From Auanema rhodensis (taxonomy: Eukaryota > Animalia > Nematoda): a stretch of 64,000 nucleotides of DNA. Under the pieces are notes generated by a model, which saw nothing but the letters and a program-made list of their open reading frames with translations, had not been told where the DNA came from and searched no databases. Positions 1 to 12,701 of the stretch are shown here, piece after piece (within the stretch, counting starts at the first letter, position 1; every line of letters starts with the position of its first letter). The position numbers were made by a program, and so were the translations under genes. Location of the stretch: contig OZ059896.1 in NCBI GenBank assembly GCA_964057225.1, forward strand, positions 10,850,001-10,914,000. Reading direction: 5' to 3'.

Positions 1-20
1 TTAAAATTTATTAATTTTAG

Positions 21-201
21 ATGGAGAATATCTCGTGAACAATCAAAATCTATTGTAACACAGAAGACTTCAATCGTGTATTCACCGTCAGGAAGAACTC
101 GACGTGTATCAGCTTTATCGGATTCCATTTCAATGCGAACACAAGTACAACGTGATATATCTGATTCACCTCTTGTATCCTCCAGAAGTCAAAATTCATA
201 A
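21..201 (+). CDS. Terminal exon of a gene starting upstream of the window (Ser/Arg-rich C-terminal tail, unknown product)
   Basis: ttttag acceptor at 15-20, then an open frame WRISREQSKSIVTQKTSIVYSPSGRTRRVSALSDS...RSQNS* ending TAA at 199-201, followed by a U-rich 3'UTR. Confidence 0.6.
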
Positions 202-644
202 ATATTTATTTCAAGATATCATTTATGTACAATTTGTTTTTTTTTTTTTTTGATTAATTAGTTACAAATTATTTTTATAAAAATCTGTTATTTCTCTTAT
301 CCAACTGATACTTTCATCAATTTCATACACAATTTTCGCTTTTGTTTTTTAATAATACATGTATATGTACAAACAATCATTTTAATTATTTTAATTTATA
401 GTCTATATCTAGAAAGATTTTCTCCTATTGTTTTTTTTTATATTTAAAACTAATTATTCTATTATATACTTATTTAATATTTATTTATCATTTTTATAAA
501 ATGATATTCATGTATGTACATGCTTGCATATTATTTTCATTCTCTTTTGTTTTTTTTTTCAATTAAATACATTATTTTTTTTTAATTTATTACTTTTCTT
601 CTTGTTGGCGATGAAAGATATTTTTTACAATTTTCAACTTTTTT

Positions 645-2385
645 TTACTCGTCAATACCCTGAACTGAATGAAGTTTTTGTGTTTCTGTTCTGTCCTGTG
701 ATCGATTCTCACGAATCGGAGCATTAGATCCACGACGTGAACGCAATGTGCGCATCGAACCTCTAGTATCGGCTGATGAACTGAAGGCAAATTCCGATAA
801 CCGTTTGCCAAAGCTGCTTCGCGTTAACTGGAATAGGAAAATTTAAAAATTCAAAAGTTTTGGGAAATAATGTTATAGATACGATGAAACACATACTCGT
901 GGAAATTTTTTGAGCAGCATGACGAAACATTTCCGCCGAAAATATTCTGATGATAGACAGAACAGAATAAAATTAATTGTTTTGCCTGTTACAACTAAAC
1001 TGTTCGTTATACTAAAAATAGCTTTATGAAATCATATCAATAATATATATAAAATACCTGAAAACACTATAAAATGTTGTTCCGAGATGGCCGTAGCCTT
1101 CTAGAAGCTCCCAAATTACCATAACTGCTGATGGGCCTTGGGTCAGTGAAAAGCATAATCCAATGGCAATGACGGTTACAGTAACTTTTTGGCGTTGTTT
1201 CTGAAATTAAAATGAATTTAAGTAAAAAGAAACGAATTAAGATGATAAGCTTAACATGTTGATTGCGATTAAGAGGTCCACCACGTGCAGCTTCCCATTC
1301 AGCTAGGCTTGAATCAGAATTTCGAAGTTCTCGTATCATTAATATATTTAATAAAATAACGACAAGAATTGGAATGAATACAACCTAAAATGTGTTTTTT
1401 GAATATTTGAAATAATAAATGAGAATATACTAGAACAGCATTAAATATGGTTGATACTCTCATATATAACTTCTTTACAGGACTTGGAAAAATCTAGAAA
1501 TTAATCAAATTACTTAAATTACTTGAATTAACAGTTATAAATATATAAAAATAAGAATAAAATAAAATAATTTACTTACTATATCAATTTTTTTGTAAGT
1601 TCGTGGATGTTGATCACCAGCATAGTAACAAAAATCATAAAGTTGTGTACCATTGCAAAATGTCATGATTTCACAGTCGTATTCAAAATGATGATAAACA
1701 GTTAGTAAGCCTGTAAAAATATTTTTAAATTATAATTATATTCATATAACTTTTAAAAAAAGAAAGAATTACCTGTAGCAAAGAAGATAGAGCTTAATAC
1801 AAGAACCATCTTACCCCGTTGCCAATATAACTTGGAACGTAATGGCTGACGAATAATAAGAAATCGTTCAATTGAAACAGCTAATATAAGCCTATAATAA
1901 AGAAGTTATTCATATTTTTCAAATATAATAAATGAACCAAATAGCAGCTGCACTCATCCAATTGGCTACAGCAGCTATATGTTGTTTACTTTTCAAATAA
2001 AAATAACGAAAATTATAATCATAAGCTAGAGTATCAAATGAAGAAAGTGAATGAGGTGACATAGCTAAAAGAAAAGCTAAATCACAAAATGAGACTGCAG
2101 CCAACTGAAAGGAAATATCTCATGTTAGTTATTTTCTTCAAGAATTGAAGTTAAAAAAAGTTATCACTTGCCATATCAGAGGCTACATTCTGCACTTCAT
2201 CACTTGCTAGAACTCCTAAGTTCAATAGATTGCCAAGCACACCAAGAGTGAACTGGACCGGGAAGAGATAACGCCATAGAAATCTGTAAGCATGAAAGAT
2301 GAATATGAAAATGATTTAAAAAGCTCAAAAACCTGGACAGTGAGTCTCTAACAAATCGCAATTCTCCATGTTTGAGGCAGGTCAT
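645..2385 (-). CDS. Rhodopsin-class neuropeptide GPCR, FMRFamide-receptor-like (frpr-type), multi-exon
   Basis: Spliced translation has TM1 GVLGNLLNL, TM2 LAAVSFCDLAF, TM3 AVSIERF, TM6 FSLTQGP and TM7 TINFILFCLSSEYFR. Stop at 645-647. Contains a GC-AG intron (2105-2171). Start codon uncertain. Confidence 0.85.
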
Positions 2386-4209
2386 GCACGGTACTGATGG
2401 CGCTAAGCTGGCATAATCAAAAGAGTCAGAAATATTAAAAAGTCGAAATGACTAGTCCCGCCACGATTATTCTTTTACCACGTTCTATTCGAGTTCGATC
2501 TACGCCTCTTCCCGTTTAAAAAGTGAGAGATAGCTGATTCTCGTATCTGAATTTTAAATTGTTTGATGTTTAGAAAATTAAAGAGGGTTTACAGTTAGTA
2601 AAGGGTATTAAAATTGACTATATGTATGTGACTCGATAGAGAGAATAGCAAGAGCACTTGAAAGAGACAAATAAATTATTTGAGAGAAGATCGAGAAACA
2701 GATGTAGAGATATGATTATACATATAGAAGAATAAAAAAATTTAAAATAAGAGATAGAAAACATCGAAGGTAATGGCATTCAAGTTCAGTCAATACTTCA
2801 ATTTAGATAGTCATATATCAATAATTATATTCAAAAATTACAAAAAAAAAACTTTTTTTTTAAATATTCGATTATAATATAAATAATTAAAAATAATAAT
2901 TTATATAAAAATCTTTATTTTTATATAGATTTTATTAAAAGAATTGATATATATATATATATCTACTAAATCTAAATAGAATAAATGAAGCCATTCGATT
3001 TCAAAACAAGATCATGTTACGATCCACTATTTTTTTCTGAAAAAGCTAATCCTTAGTAGTGTGGTAGAAAAGAAAAGCTAAAAATGGTAAACAACTTGAA
3101 TAGATTTCAAACTAAGCCAAATAATAATAAATAAAATTAAAAAATCAATTTTAAAGACAAATTTCATAGATTATATAAAATTTATTAATGAATTATATAT
3201 ATAAATAAATGAAAATAATATCTGAAAATTAGTTTTAAATTTAATAAAATAATAGAAATCAGATACAATAAATTAACAATTTTTGTAAAAATAAAAGAAA
3301 ATTTCAAATACAATTTATGATTTGTCTCACATTTTTTTCAAATTTCGAGAGAATAAAAAATTCGTAAATAGAAGAAAAATGGCTAAAGACGTTTATATTC
3401 AAGCAATACTGAATTTAGTTGGTTTTCCCAAATTGTAAACAAATCTCCCATTTCCCTTTCTTTATTTATTTTTTTTCTGCAGAAAGCTGTAAATCTTAAC
3501 TAGTTTATCTTTTATCTTTTTCTATTCAAAAATAGTTGAATGAATTGAACATTGATTATAAAAAAAAAGGGAAATTGCGAACTTACTGAAACAAAATGAA
3601 ATAAAAGTTGTTCAATTAAATTTTTTAAATTCTTTATTCCAATTAAGAAAAAATTGTAAAATAATAAATAAACAAAGTTTTAGTGAAGATATATAAAATA
3701 ATAATTTTATATTTATATTTTATTGGAAAAATAAAAGTAATAACATTAATATTTGAAAGTAATAATGAATAACATACAAATATATTGATAATATATGTAT
3801 ATTAATCAATGTTATATCAATAGTTTTACATAGTGTAAGAAGGAATTGCGGAAAAAAAAGTTTTAAAAATGTTTCAAGAACGAGAACATGAAGTAAGAAA
3901 GAATCAGAGATGACAATGATTATATTAAAAACTTTTGATCTCTAACATTTAATTTTCTTCCTTTTTAAAGATAATGCATTAAAGTTTCGTAAAAAAGCAG
4001 GATGTACTAACCATGAACAACCTTTCGAAACGGTCACACTTTTTGTTACAAGAATGATGGCGTACCTCGGTCACAGGCATCCATGTGGCCATATAAAAGG
4101 AATTTTGTATGTAACTATCTATCAACTCTTTCTTCTCTTTCTACATTTCCTTAAAATATTATATTTTAATATCATAAACTATATATAAGACTAAGTTTTG
4201 TCTTTCTAG

Positions 4210-5203
4210 ATGGGTTACAGTACCGTTGTCTCCGCCGCTTCCTTAGTCATCGTTTTCGGTGCCTTCATTGGCATTGGACGTATTGTCTATGACATCAACA
4301 GCATGTATGATGATGTAATGGATCGTATGCACGATTTCAAGGTATTTCAAAGTAAATCAATATTACTTTTCAACTTTTTGAATAATTTAGAATGTTGCTG
4401 ATGTAGCATGGAGAGAGGTTGTTATCAAGTCTCACCCATCTGACCGCGCTGGATTCAATGCCCTTATTGGTTAGATTTAGAGATAGTTTGATCTTTATAG
4501 TTGTTTTGTTTGTAGGAAGAAACAAGAGATCTAACAGCCAATGTAACTGCGGAGCTCAATCCAGAGGATGCCCAGCTGGACCACCAGGACCAGTTGGAGA
4601 AGCTGGACTTCCAGGAAAAGATGGACTTGATGGACTTCCAGGAGCTGACGGAATCTCTGGAAACCAAATCTTCTACGGAGATGAGGTAAGCATATTTTTG
4701 TTTATATCTCTTTTCATTATTTCTTAATTCAGAACAAGAAGGCTTGCATCGTTTGCCCAGCTGGACCACCAGGACCACCAGGAGAGCAAGGACCAGCTGG
4801 AGAGGCAGGAGAAGATGGACGTGCTGGACTCCATGGACCAGCCGGACAACCAGGACCAGACGGAGAAACTGGAGCTCCAGGAAACGACGGAAGACCAGGA
4901 CACCCAGGACGCCCAGGAGCCCCAGGAGAGAACGGACATCCAGGAGTTCAATACACTGAAGGAAAGCCAGGACACCCAGGACGTCCAGGACCACGCGGAC
5001 CTGCTGGACCTGCTGGAAACAACGGAAAGGACGGACAAGACGGACAGCCAGGACAGCAAGGACCAGCTGGAAAGGACGGAGAAAATGGTCTTCCCGGACC
5101 AGACGGACAACCTGCCACTCCAGGAACCGACGGAGAAGTTGGACCAGATGCTGGATACTGTCCATGCCCAGCTCGTACCGAAGCCATCCGCTTCATGGAC
5201 TAA
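4210..5203 (+). CDS. Cuticular collagen (col family)
   Basis: N-terminal hydrophobic Col_cuticle_N segment, RNKR cleavage site, [11 protein letters not shown], Gly-X-Y repeats, C-terminal YCPCPAR; 3 short introns; TAA 5201-5203. Confidence 0.95.
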
Positions 5204-6198
5204 ATACAACTTTTTCGCATTCAATAAAGATTTTTTCAACATCAAACATTGTACGTAATTGAAATTTAATACAACCGATCACACATTAGAAATTATGAAT
5301 GAATGAAAATAATTTTTCACGAAAATGTTAGAAAACGTGGAAATTTTTCATTTTAACTAGAATATGTTATAATCAGTCTTTTCTATTTAACAAAACAAAT
5401 TATGTCAAATCAATTAACAAATAAAAGTAAAAATACAATAGATGAAGGATTAAAATGTATACCAAGGTTAAGACAATTTACTATATTATTCTTCAAATAT
5501 TAATAATAATAATATTTTCAGATTTATAATATTTCCAAAATCATCATATGATAAAACAAAAAGTGTTAAAATAAAATTATTAAATAGTGAAACAAACTTC
5601 GTAGCTTATCTTATAAAAAGCAAAGAAGGTCTGTTTAAAATATCACAAAATTGTGGAATTTTGCAAGCAACTGAAGAGAAAGAACTTGAAGTAAACTTCG
5701 TTCTTAAACTTCTATATTTTAATTTTTTAAGTTACATCTTACTCCACATGTCGATTGGCCTTTAAAACGTAGTAAGTATCTTAAAAAGCCGTTGAAGTTG
5801 TGTATACTTAGTCTGAGCTTATCAAAAACTTTAGATTACGAGGTAATCAATGCTTATTTACTTTTATAAATATAGTAATTTAATAATTTTAAGAATGAAT
5901 TGGAATATGCATCAAATGTATTTCAAACAATGCACAAAGATTTTCAACAATATACAAAAATTAAAATCATTTTGCTGTAGTCATATTTATAATTGGATTA
6001 ATATTTGAAAATATAATTTAATAGAATCAATCAATTAACACAAAATAAATTTATTATTATTTAATATAATTGTGTAATATGAAAATAATTATTTTTAATA
6101 AATTTTATATAGTAATAGTAGTACCATATATTATTTTATGCTATTAACTCATAAACAAATATAAAACTATAACAAATTTTCAGTAATGAAGAAATGTT

Positions 6199-6684
6199 TT
6201 AATAATTCTTAATTTTCCTTGTACCAAAAAAGAAATGTCCAATTGATAATCCAATACATAATGATGTGCATATCCAAAATGAGAAAGTCATAAAGCATAA
6301 CATGAGCATGTAACCCAAAATTATTTGAATAACATATAAGCATGATTCAAACAAATGATGAGTATCTAGTAAATAATCATGCCAACTGAAATAGTTTTTT
6401 ATTATTTTTAAATTCATTATTTCATTCAATAAATACTTTCTCATTGCATCTCCTTTGGTGTCAACATGCCAACGTATCCATCGTAATGCTTCAAGTACAA
6501 TAGCCATAGCAGCTACGACAAAACATGACCAAACCATATCTAGAATTATTTTTTATTTTAATATTATACATTTATAGGATTAAATCGTACTTCCTGGATC
6601 AGTTATCCACCATTGTTCAACCCAGATTACATCATTAACTTGTGTGTGATACCACATCCACATTTTTGGATGGCTTGGTTTCAT
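6199..6684 (-). CDS. CTR/SLC31 copper transporter, paralog C
   Basis: MWMWYH N-terminal motif, TM2 MLCFM (MxxxM), TM3 GLSIG (GxxxG). Confidence 0.88.
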
Positions 6685-7238
6685 GATTAATCTAATTATC
6701 AATAAAACTAATTATTAAGCAATAAATAAAAAATAAATAAAACAAATTGAAATCAATATATGATTGAGAAAAATTTGTAACAATTCAATTATAATAAATA
6801 TATTTGTTTAAATAAATATATATGAACAATCTATTTTGAATGGGAACAATTGCAAAAGGTGATGTCTGTGATCGAGTGATGGGAATAAAGATAAGAATTT
6901 GAAGTTTACTTGCTGATAAGTAAATTCTCAAGATAAGAAGAGTTTTTAGATAACATAATAATAATAATAATAATAATAGTAAGAGTAATTAAGATATTAC
7001 TAAGTGATCAGTGATTATTTGAATTTGTAAAGTAATGAGTCAATTCAATGTCTTCTTATAGTCTTTTATTGCATTTTTAGAATGCTTATTCAATCAAATG
7101 TTTCAAATTTTAATAGATTTTAATATTTATTTATAATTAGTTCAATATATAATCAGTATAATATTTATTATTATTATCATATATTATTCATATATTCAAT
7201 TATAAAAAATGTTTATTTTCATAATAAAATTAAATAGA

Positions 7239-7851
7239 TTATCCACAACAATCAGTCATTTCAACATTTTGTGCTATTGGCATCTTCGTTCCCGTTAAGT
7301 AATAGCCAAGTACATGTCCTTAAAAAAATAATTGAAGAATAATTTGTTGAACAAATACAACAAAGTACCTGCAATCATACTGGCAACAATTGGAACATTA
7401 TACGTCATTGAGATCATCATCAAAGAATAAGATCCATACATCTCAAAGAAATACAATATTGGAGATAGTAAATTATATGGTTTAGAAAGATATTTCAAAC
7501 TAAATCTGCAAAACATGTATATATGATTATATCGTATAATTTTTTTAATTTTGTATTACGGTAGTTGTGGTTTGGGTCTACTAAGCTCTGAAGGCATGCA
7601 ACATGAATTATCCATTTCGTCCTCATCATCTTCAACAAAATATTTCTTGAGAAGAATGGTATGAGCAAAGCGTAATAATTCAAAAGCTAATGCTATAGCT
7701 CCCACAGCGATACAAGTAAACACATAACCTTAATAAATACGTTTTTTTGTCTCAGCTTTCATATAGTTATACCAGTTACATTTGCTGGAAGCCATTCCCT
7801 AAATAGTACCGGCTCTCCGATACGGAAGTGGAAATACATTTTCATCATCAT
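7239..7851 (-). CDS. CTR/SLC31 copper transporter, paralog B
   Basis: MMMKMYFHFR..VLFREW N-terminus, YSLMMISMTYN (MxxxM), GHVLG, C-terminal DCCG*. Confidence 0.88.
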
Positions 7852-8023
7852 GATTAAATTCGATCTAAATTAGAGTCAGACAGAAATTAAACAGATAATT
7901 CTGAAAAATTCAACGATAAGCAAACGATTAAACATCTTAGATGAATCATGAACAACTTAAGTTTTTAAAACTTATTTTGATAATAAAAATTTTATAAATT
8001 ATGCATATAGTGTTAACTTAATG

Positions 8024-8960
8024 CTAAAATCTTGAGAGAACTTTAGAGCTTATTCGATACTCAGTTGTTGAGTTAAATCTTAAAGTATTTGAGGTTTCAT
8101 AATCATTATGTTCTTGAACAGCTTTTCGATTTCCAAACAGGTAATGACCCACTGATAACCCACAGACCACAGCAATGCAGAGCCAAATAGAGAAGGTCAT
8201 AAAGACAAGCATGACAAAATAAGAAGAAATTGTCTGGAAATAATACTTCTTAAGGAATTATTTCTTAATAGTTTACGATAAGATATTATTCTTTGTATTA
8301 TTGGTTCATGATTGTTTCATTGTTCAAGAAAGATATTCTCACATAATTTCTAGATAATTGCATTCTTGCAAATTCTTATCAGTTTTGAATGAAATGTAAT
8401 TTGAAAAAATATTTCCTTACTTGGATAGCAAACAAAAAAGTTTGTCCAACATGGTAAACATGGAAGATTTGCTTGAAATATCTGAAAGTATTCGTTTTTA
8501 ACATTCAATTTTCGATTATTTCCATACCCATAATCATAAAACTTAGATTTTTGATGAGCATGTACATCCATTCTCCATCTAAAATACTTAACAGCTTCCA
8601 AGAAAATACATAAAGCAGCAATAATGAAGCATGAATATACCATTTCTAAAGAAGTTATATAAAAATTCATTTATAAAAACTATTTATAATAATTATAAAT
8701 AATAATATAATATATAATTAATTGATTAATTATATAAAAGAAATCTTACGTCCAGAACTTGTAGTATTCCAAAATCCAAACAAAATGGTATTATTAGGAT
8801 TGGTATGGAACCACATATACATGAAATGATTATCCATCATCATATGATGACTCATATTTCCCATAGGCATAGGCATTCCAGAAGGCATAGGCATTCCAGA
8901 AGGCATAGGCATTGGCATTCCAGAAGGCATAGGCATTGGCTTTTCAGTAGACATCATCAT
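8024..8960 (-). CDS. CTR/SLC31 copper transporter, paralog A, with expanded Met-rich N-terminus
   Basis: (MPMPSG)n..HHMMM..MYMWFH..ILFGFW ectodomain, SYFVMLVFMTFS (MxxxM), GLSVG. Confidence 0.9.
8863..8940 (-). repeat. Coding tandem repeat (18-24 nt units) encoding MPMPSG
   Basis: Repeated ggcataggcatt(ggcatt)ccagaa units. Confidence 0.9.
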
Positions 8961-9139
8961 CTTGATCAAAATTACCTAAAAAAAACATAAAATTTTATAA
9001 ATTAATTTAAATAAAATGTTTTTATTAGTTCTATGTTGATTATTGTTACTTTCATACACAATTCAATATTTAAAGAATACAATAAGAATACAATAAAAAA
9101 AAGAAAGAGGGCAGAGACGGAGACAAAAAAAGAGAAAGA

Positions 9140-9722
9140 GAGATTTCAATTTTTAAATTTTTTGTAAAGTTTTTACTATTTATTATGAAAATAAACAATT
9201 GTTATAAGAGAACAAATGGAAATCAAACAGTAGGATGTCATTCAACTGACATTATCAGTCATATAAGTCAGAAAGTCAAAGCTTCGTTTTCTACTCTGTT
9301 GCTCTCATAATCATTCATACTCCAGTTCGGCCCTCATAATGATAACATTATAGTAGAGTAATCGTTCAATAAGGGCATTTATTGTCTTTTTCCATTCAAA
9401 ACATCTTAACAATTTGATTATACAATTATTACTGAATACTAAATATTATATAGTTATAAGTACCATTCTAAAAATATGAATTGATTCCAAATATATGCTT
9501 TTCTAATCAGTTATAATCAATACAAATACCTAATAATAATTTGTAGCTTTCTGGATGTTATACATAAATCATTTTTTTAATCAAAAAATAACTGGCAATA
9601 ATAATATGTATTTTGCCGTTCTAGCGCACCTTTTCGCCCATCCCCAATTTTCGCAGTTTTAAGCCGTTTTAAGGCTTTTTTTCATTAATTTTGTGTCCTA
9701 ACTCTTCGAAAATGTGTCATTT
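9140..9722 (+). repeat. Left arm of a 583-bp inverted repeat (partner 12702-13284)
   Basis: Position p pairs with 22424-p. No mismatch was seen in the stretches compared by eye. Pairing fails at 9139/13285 and 9723/12701. Confidence 0.95.
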
Positions 9723-9811
9723 TCAACAATTTTCAAAAATGAAAAAGAACCTGCCAAGTCTAACAAATATTTATCTTGAAAAACTTGTAAAATTATTAAA
9801 GATAAGAAACT

Positions 9812-11339
9812 TCAGAGGATCTTTATGAGAGACACTTTGCCCCCACAAGGAATTAAGGAAAGAGAAGTTGGAATTGTAACTTTAGACTCGATAGGATGAT
9901 TCGGAGCAATAATATTTATTCATAGGAAGAAAATAATACATTTACTGAAAAAATGCTGCTTGGCTCCATTTTTATTCTTTAATAAAACGTCCACTAAATT
10001 TTCTCCATATTACTCCAAATCTTTGCGCATATGGAAGTTTTGAAGGATTAAAGTAACTTTTCCGGTTTTTGACTCCTATAAATATATAAATTATAAACTA
10101 TTATCTTTTGTTTTAATAATAATCTCGTTAATTTCGCTCGCAAGTTGGTCAAAATTAAGATTGAACAACTTTTCCTTGATGTACATTGCCATCTCATGCT
10201 CAACTTTTAATTTCTTCTCAAAAATTTCGAGAAATCTAAAAATAATAATTCAATAAGAATAGTTCAAACAAATGACTTTTTATTTTACCTGAAACACGCC
10301 AATAGAAAGGTCATTCTGACCCCATCCCTTCACATGAAACCTAAAAAACAAAAACAAATTGCATAAATCAGTAATTATATACAGTCCTGTGCGAAATAGT
10401 GGGGACACTCACTAGAAACCCTTATACCTTCTCAGACAAACTACAAAAATTCAGAAAAAATATATTTTGAGTGTTAAAAAATGATAATGAATTCAGAAAA
10501 AATCTTCAAAATTTTAAAAATCATGTTTAAAAGTATTTTCTGAGGTCTTGAATCTATGCCATAGGAAAAACTTGGTTATTGATCGAGCTCCGTGCTCAGA
10601 ATGATTTTAAAATATTTTTAATGAATTAACTTGTTTCTAATCTCAAATTTTGTTATATTAAGAAGGATTATTCAAAATAGTCAAAAAACACTAAATTTCC
10701 TTATAAATTTAGAAATCTCATTGAAATCAGTTTTCATTATATTAACATATATTTTGACTGAATATAAACTAAACGCAAAATTTTTGAAATAAAAAAAAAA
10801 TTTTTTTTGTAGTTTGAAGGGGAATTCTGGGCCTCTAACATAGGGGTGTCCCAACTATTTCGCACAGGACTGTATATCTTATTTGTATGCTATTCTCCAA
10901 CCGGAGTCCAGTTCTTTAGCCGTTTCAGGTTCGACTTTCTTGCGTATGAGCACAACTTTGAGAACCTGTTGTAATCCCAAGGATTCGTCAACGTTTCAGG
11001 AACAATCTTGACATTCTGTTGCCACTTCAAGTTTTTGAATATAATTCATCATGGCAAGCTTACAACCCTAGAAATATTTTAATAAAGATTACAAGTCTAA
11101 GCAAAAAGTGCTATACACTTTAGATTCATTAAATTACATTAAAAAATACATACTTGAAATGATTTCTCACACGTCTGGGCGGTATCATGTGCATCCAAGT
11201 ATCCAACTGCTCGCTCTTTTAGCAAATCGACCGTATAGATGAGCTTCGTATCGGAAATCTAGAATTATAGCCAGTTATTATGTAAATTACATGATTAATC
11301 TATTAAAAGCCTTTTTTTAATATAAATATGGCTTACCAT
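9812..11339 (-). pseudogene. Spliced cargo-like pseudogene inside the Maverick remnant (unknown family)
   Basis: tttcagaATG|gtaag first exon. Exons read ISDTKLIYTVDLLKERAVGYLDAHDTAQTCEKSFQ, LKWQQNVKIVPETLTNPWDYNRFSKLCSY, FLEIFEKKLKVEHEMAMYIKEKLFNLNFDQLASEINE and ESKTGKVTLILQNFHMRKDLE*YGENL. Frameshifts, a premature stop and damaged splice sites must be assumed. Confidence 0.55.
10382..10872. mobile_element. Tc1/mariner-type non-autonomous element (MITE), 491 bp
   Basis: 27-bp TIRs CAGTCCTGTGCGAAATAGT(G/T)GGGACAC with 1 mismatch, flanked by TA at 10380-10381 and 10873-10874; no coding capacity. Confidence 0.93.
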
Positions 11340-11460
11340 TCTGAAATGATAGATAGCTGGTGACAAGCGGCAATTGATGAACAACCGAAACATCATCCGT
11401 TTGAGGAAAAAAAACACTGAAATATGATAAATTAAATTTTTTTTGATAAATGATAAATTT

Positions 11461-11659
11461 GTAAAGTAATCATATAAAAATGTAATTTCTTATTTAATTC
11501 TAGTATGGGTTTGAATACTTCTATACGGTGATATTCTACGTTTTCTAAATTGCAGCGCTCTTCTAAATTCTTGAATTAGTGTTCTTTTCTATTCTTCAAG
11601 AATGATTGAACAATTTTATTCCTTTTCTAGGGATCATAGATTTCGATTGTGGAAGGCAT
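11461..11659 (-). pseudogene. Truncated, stop-interrupted Polinton-type ORF
   Basis: MPSTIEIYDP*KRNKIVQSFLKNRKEH*FKNLEER...EVFKPILE resembles the IxDPxKRxxIVxxFLKxR...FKPI N-terminus I recall from Polinton-associated proteins. Intronless, with two in-frame stops. Confidence 0.5.
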
Positions 11660-11705
11660 TTTTTTGAAAAAGTAATTTATTTATAAAAAAGTATTGTATT
11701 TATAA

Positions 11706-11861
11706 ATGGAAGAAATTACTGAAGCTTCGAAAGCTAAGGCAGTAAAGTTCCAAAATCTTTCTTTTGGAGCATCTGCAAGACATTCACCTAGTGAAGGATT
11801 CGAAGAAGATTCAAAGAAAATGAAAAGAGATGAAGTTCGTAGAAAAATTGCGATGATTTGA
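11706..11861 (+). CDS. Small intronless ORF (~51 aa) within the Maverick remnant
   Basis: TATTTATAAATG start context, then MEEITEASKAKAVKFQNLSFGASARHSPSEGFEEDSKKMKRDEVRRKIAMI*. Confidence 0.35.
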   Translation: MEEITEASKAKAVKFQNLSFGASARHSPSEGFEEDSKKMKRDEVRRKIAMI

Positions 11862-11974
11862 AGTGAATTGAGAACTCCACTTTTTTTATATAAAAGGAAG
11901 TTTTGATTCCTTCTAGAATTTGAAAAAGTAATATCTTTTTAGTTTCAAAAGAATTCATCTGACAATGTCGAGAG

Positions 11975-12701
11975 ATGAGCTGCTCCGTGAATTTAGAAAA
12001 AATAATAAAAAAGAAAAAATTACTAATGACTGATGCTCAAATGAAAAAGATGAAGGTGGATGAAATGAAGCAATTTATTAATAATCATTCTCAAGAAGTT
12101 AATCTTTTACCACCTCCAGATGAGATTTTTCTTATGGATCATTTGATTTTTACTGATCTAGAAGCTAAAGAGAATGCTAATTCAAGGATAACAAATTATA
12201 GAAGCAAGAACAGCAAAGATTTCCTAGAAAATCCTTTTGAAATGATCGAAGAGAAAGGTATTGAATTTTACATGGATCTTGTAAAAAAGAGATTGACTTC
12301 TTTTCTCAAGAAGAAGCAAAATACTGTTGTCAACGACATTTACAAAGTTACTAATGTTCGAATAATGCTTTACTTAGAATGTGAAACAAAGAAACCTGAT
12401 TCTACTAGTCCATCCAAGTTTCATGTTAATACAATATCTCAACTTCTACAATCAGGTGAAAGTAGGGAAGAATTTTATCGAGTAGCATGTCAAACTTCAA
12501 TGAATGATGTAGAAAATAGAGAACATCATGCTTCAGGATTAGTGATAACCAGATTTTTAAAGTAAACCATGTTTCAAACTAGAACTGATGCAATGATTGG
12601 AGCTTTTTTTTCAAATCCTAAGTTTGTTATTAGTAAAAGGTCTGTTTTAAATATCCAAAAAAAGATAACATGTGTTTCAAGTGGACCATTCTAGCTCATC
12701 T
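11975..12701 (+). pseudogene. N-terminal fragment of a Polinton/Maverick protein-primed DNA polymerase B
   Basis: 196-aa intronless ORF ending ENREHHASGLVITRFLK. It continues across frameshifts as PKFVISKRSVLNIQK/DNMCFKWTILAHLN, matching the GSGW...KK.I.NI.N.D..CF.W.ILA.L motif of Polinton pPolB N-termini. Truncated at the inverted repeat. Confidence 0.75.

Noticed and set aside
4464-5258. Long alternative-frame and antisense ORFs over the collagen
   Set aside because: Shadow ORFs of Gly-X-Y codon periodicity.
8805-8990. His/Arg-rich plus-strand ORF
   Set aside because: Antisense shadow of the CTR Met-Pro repeat.
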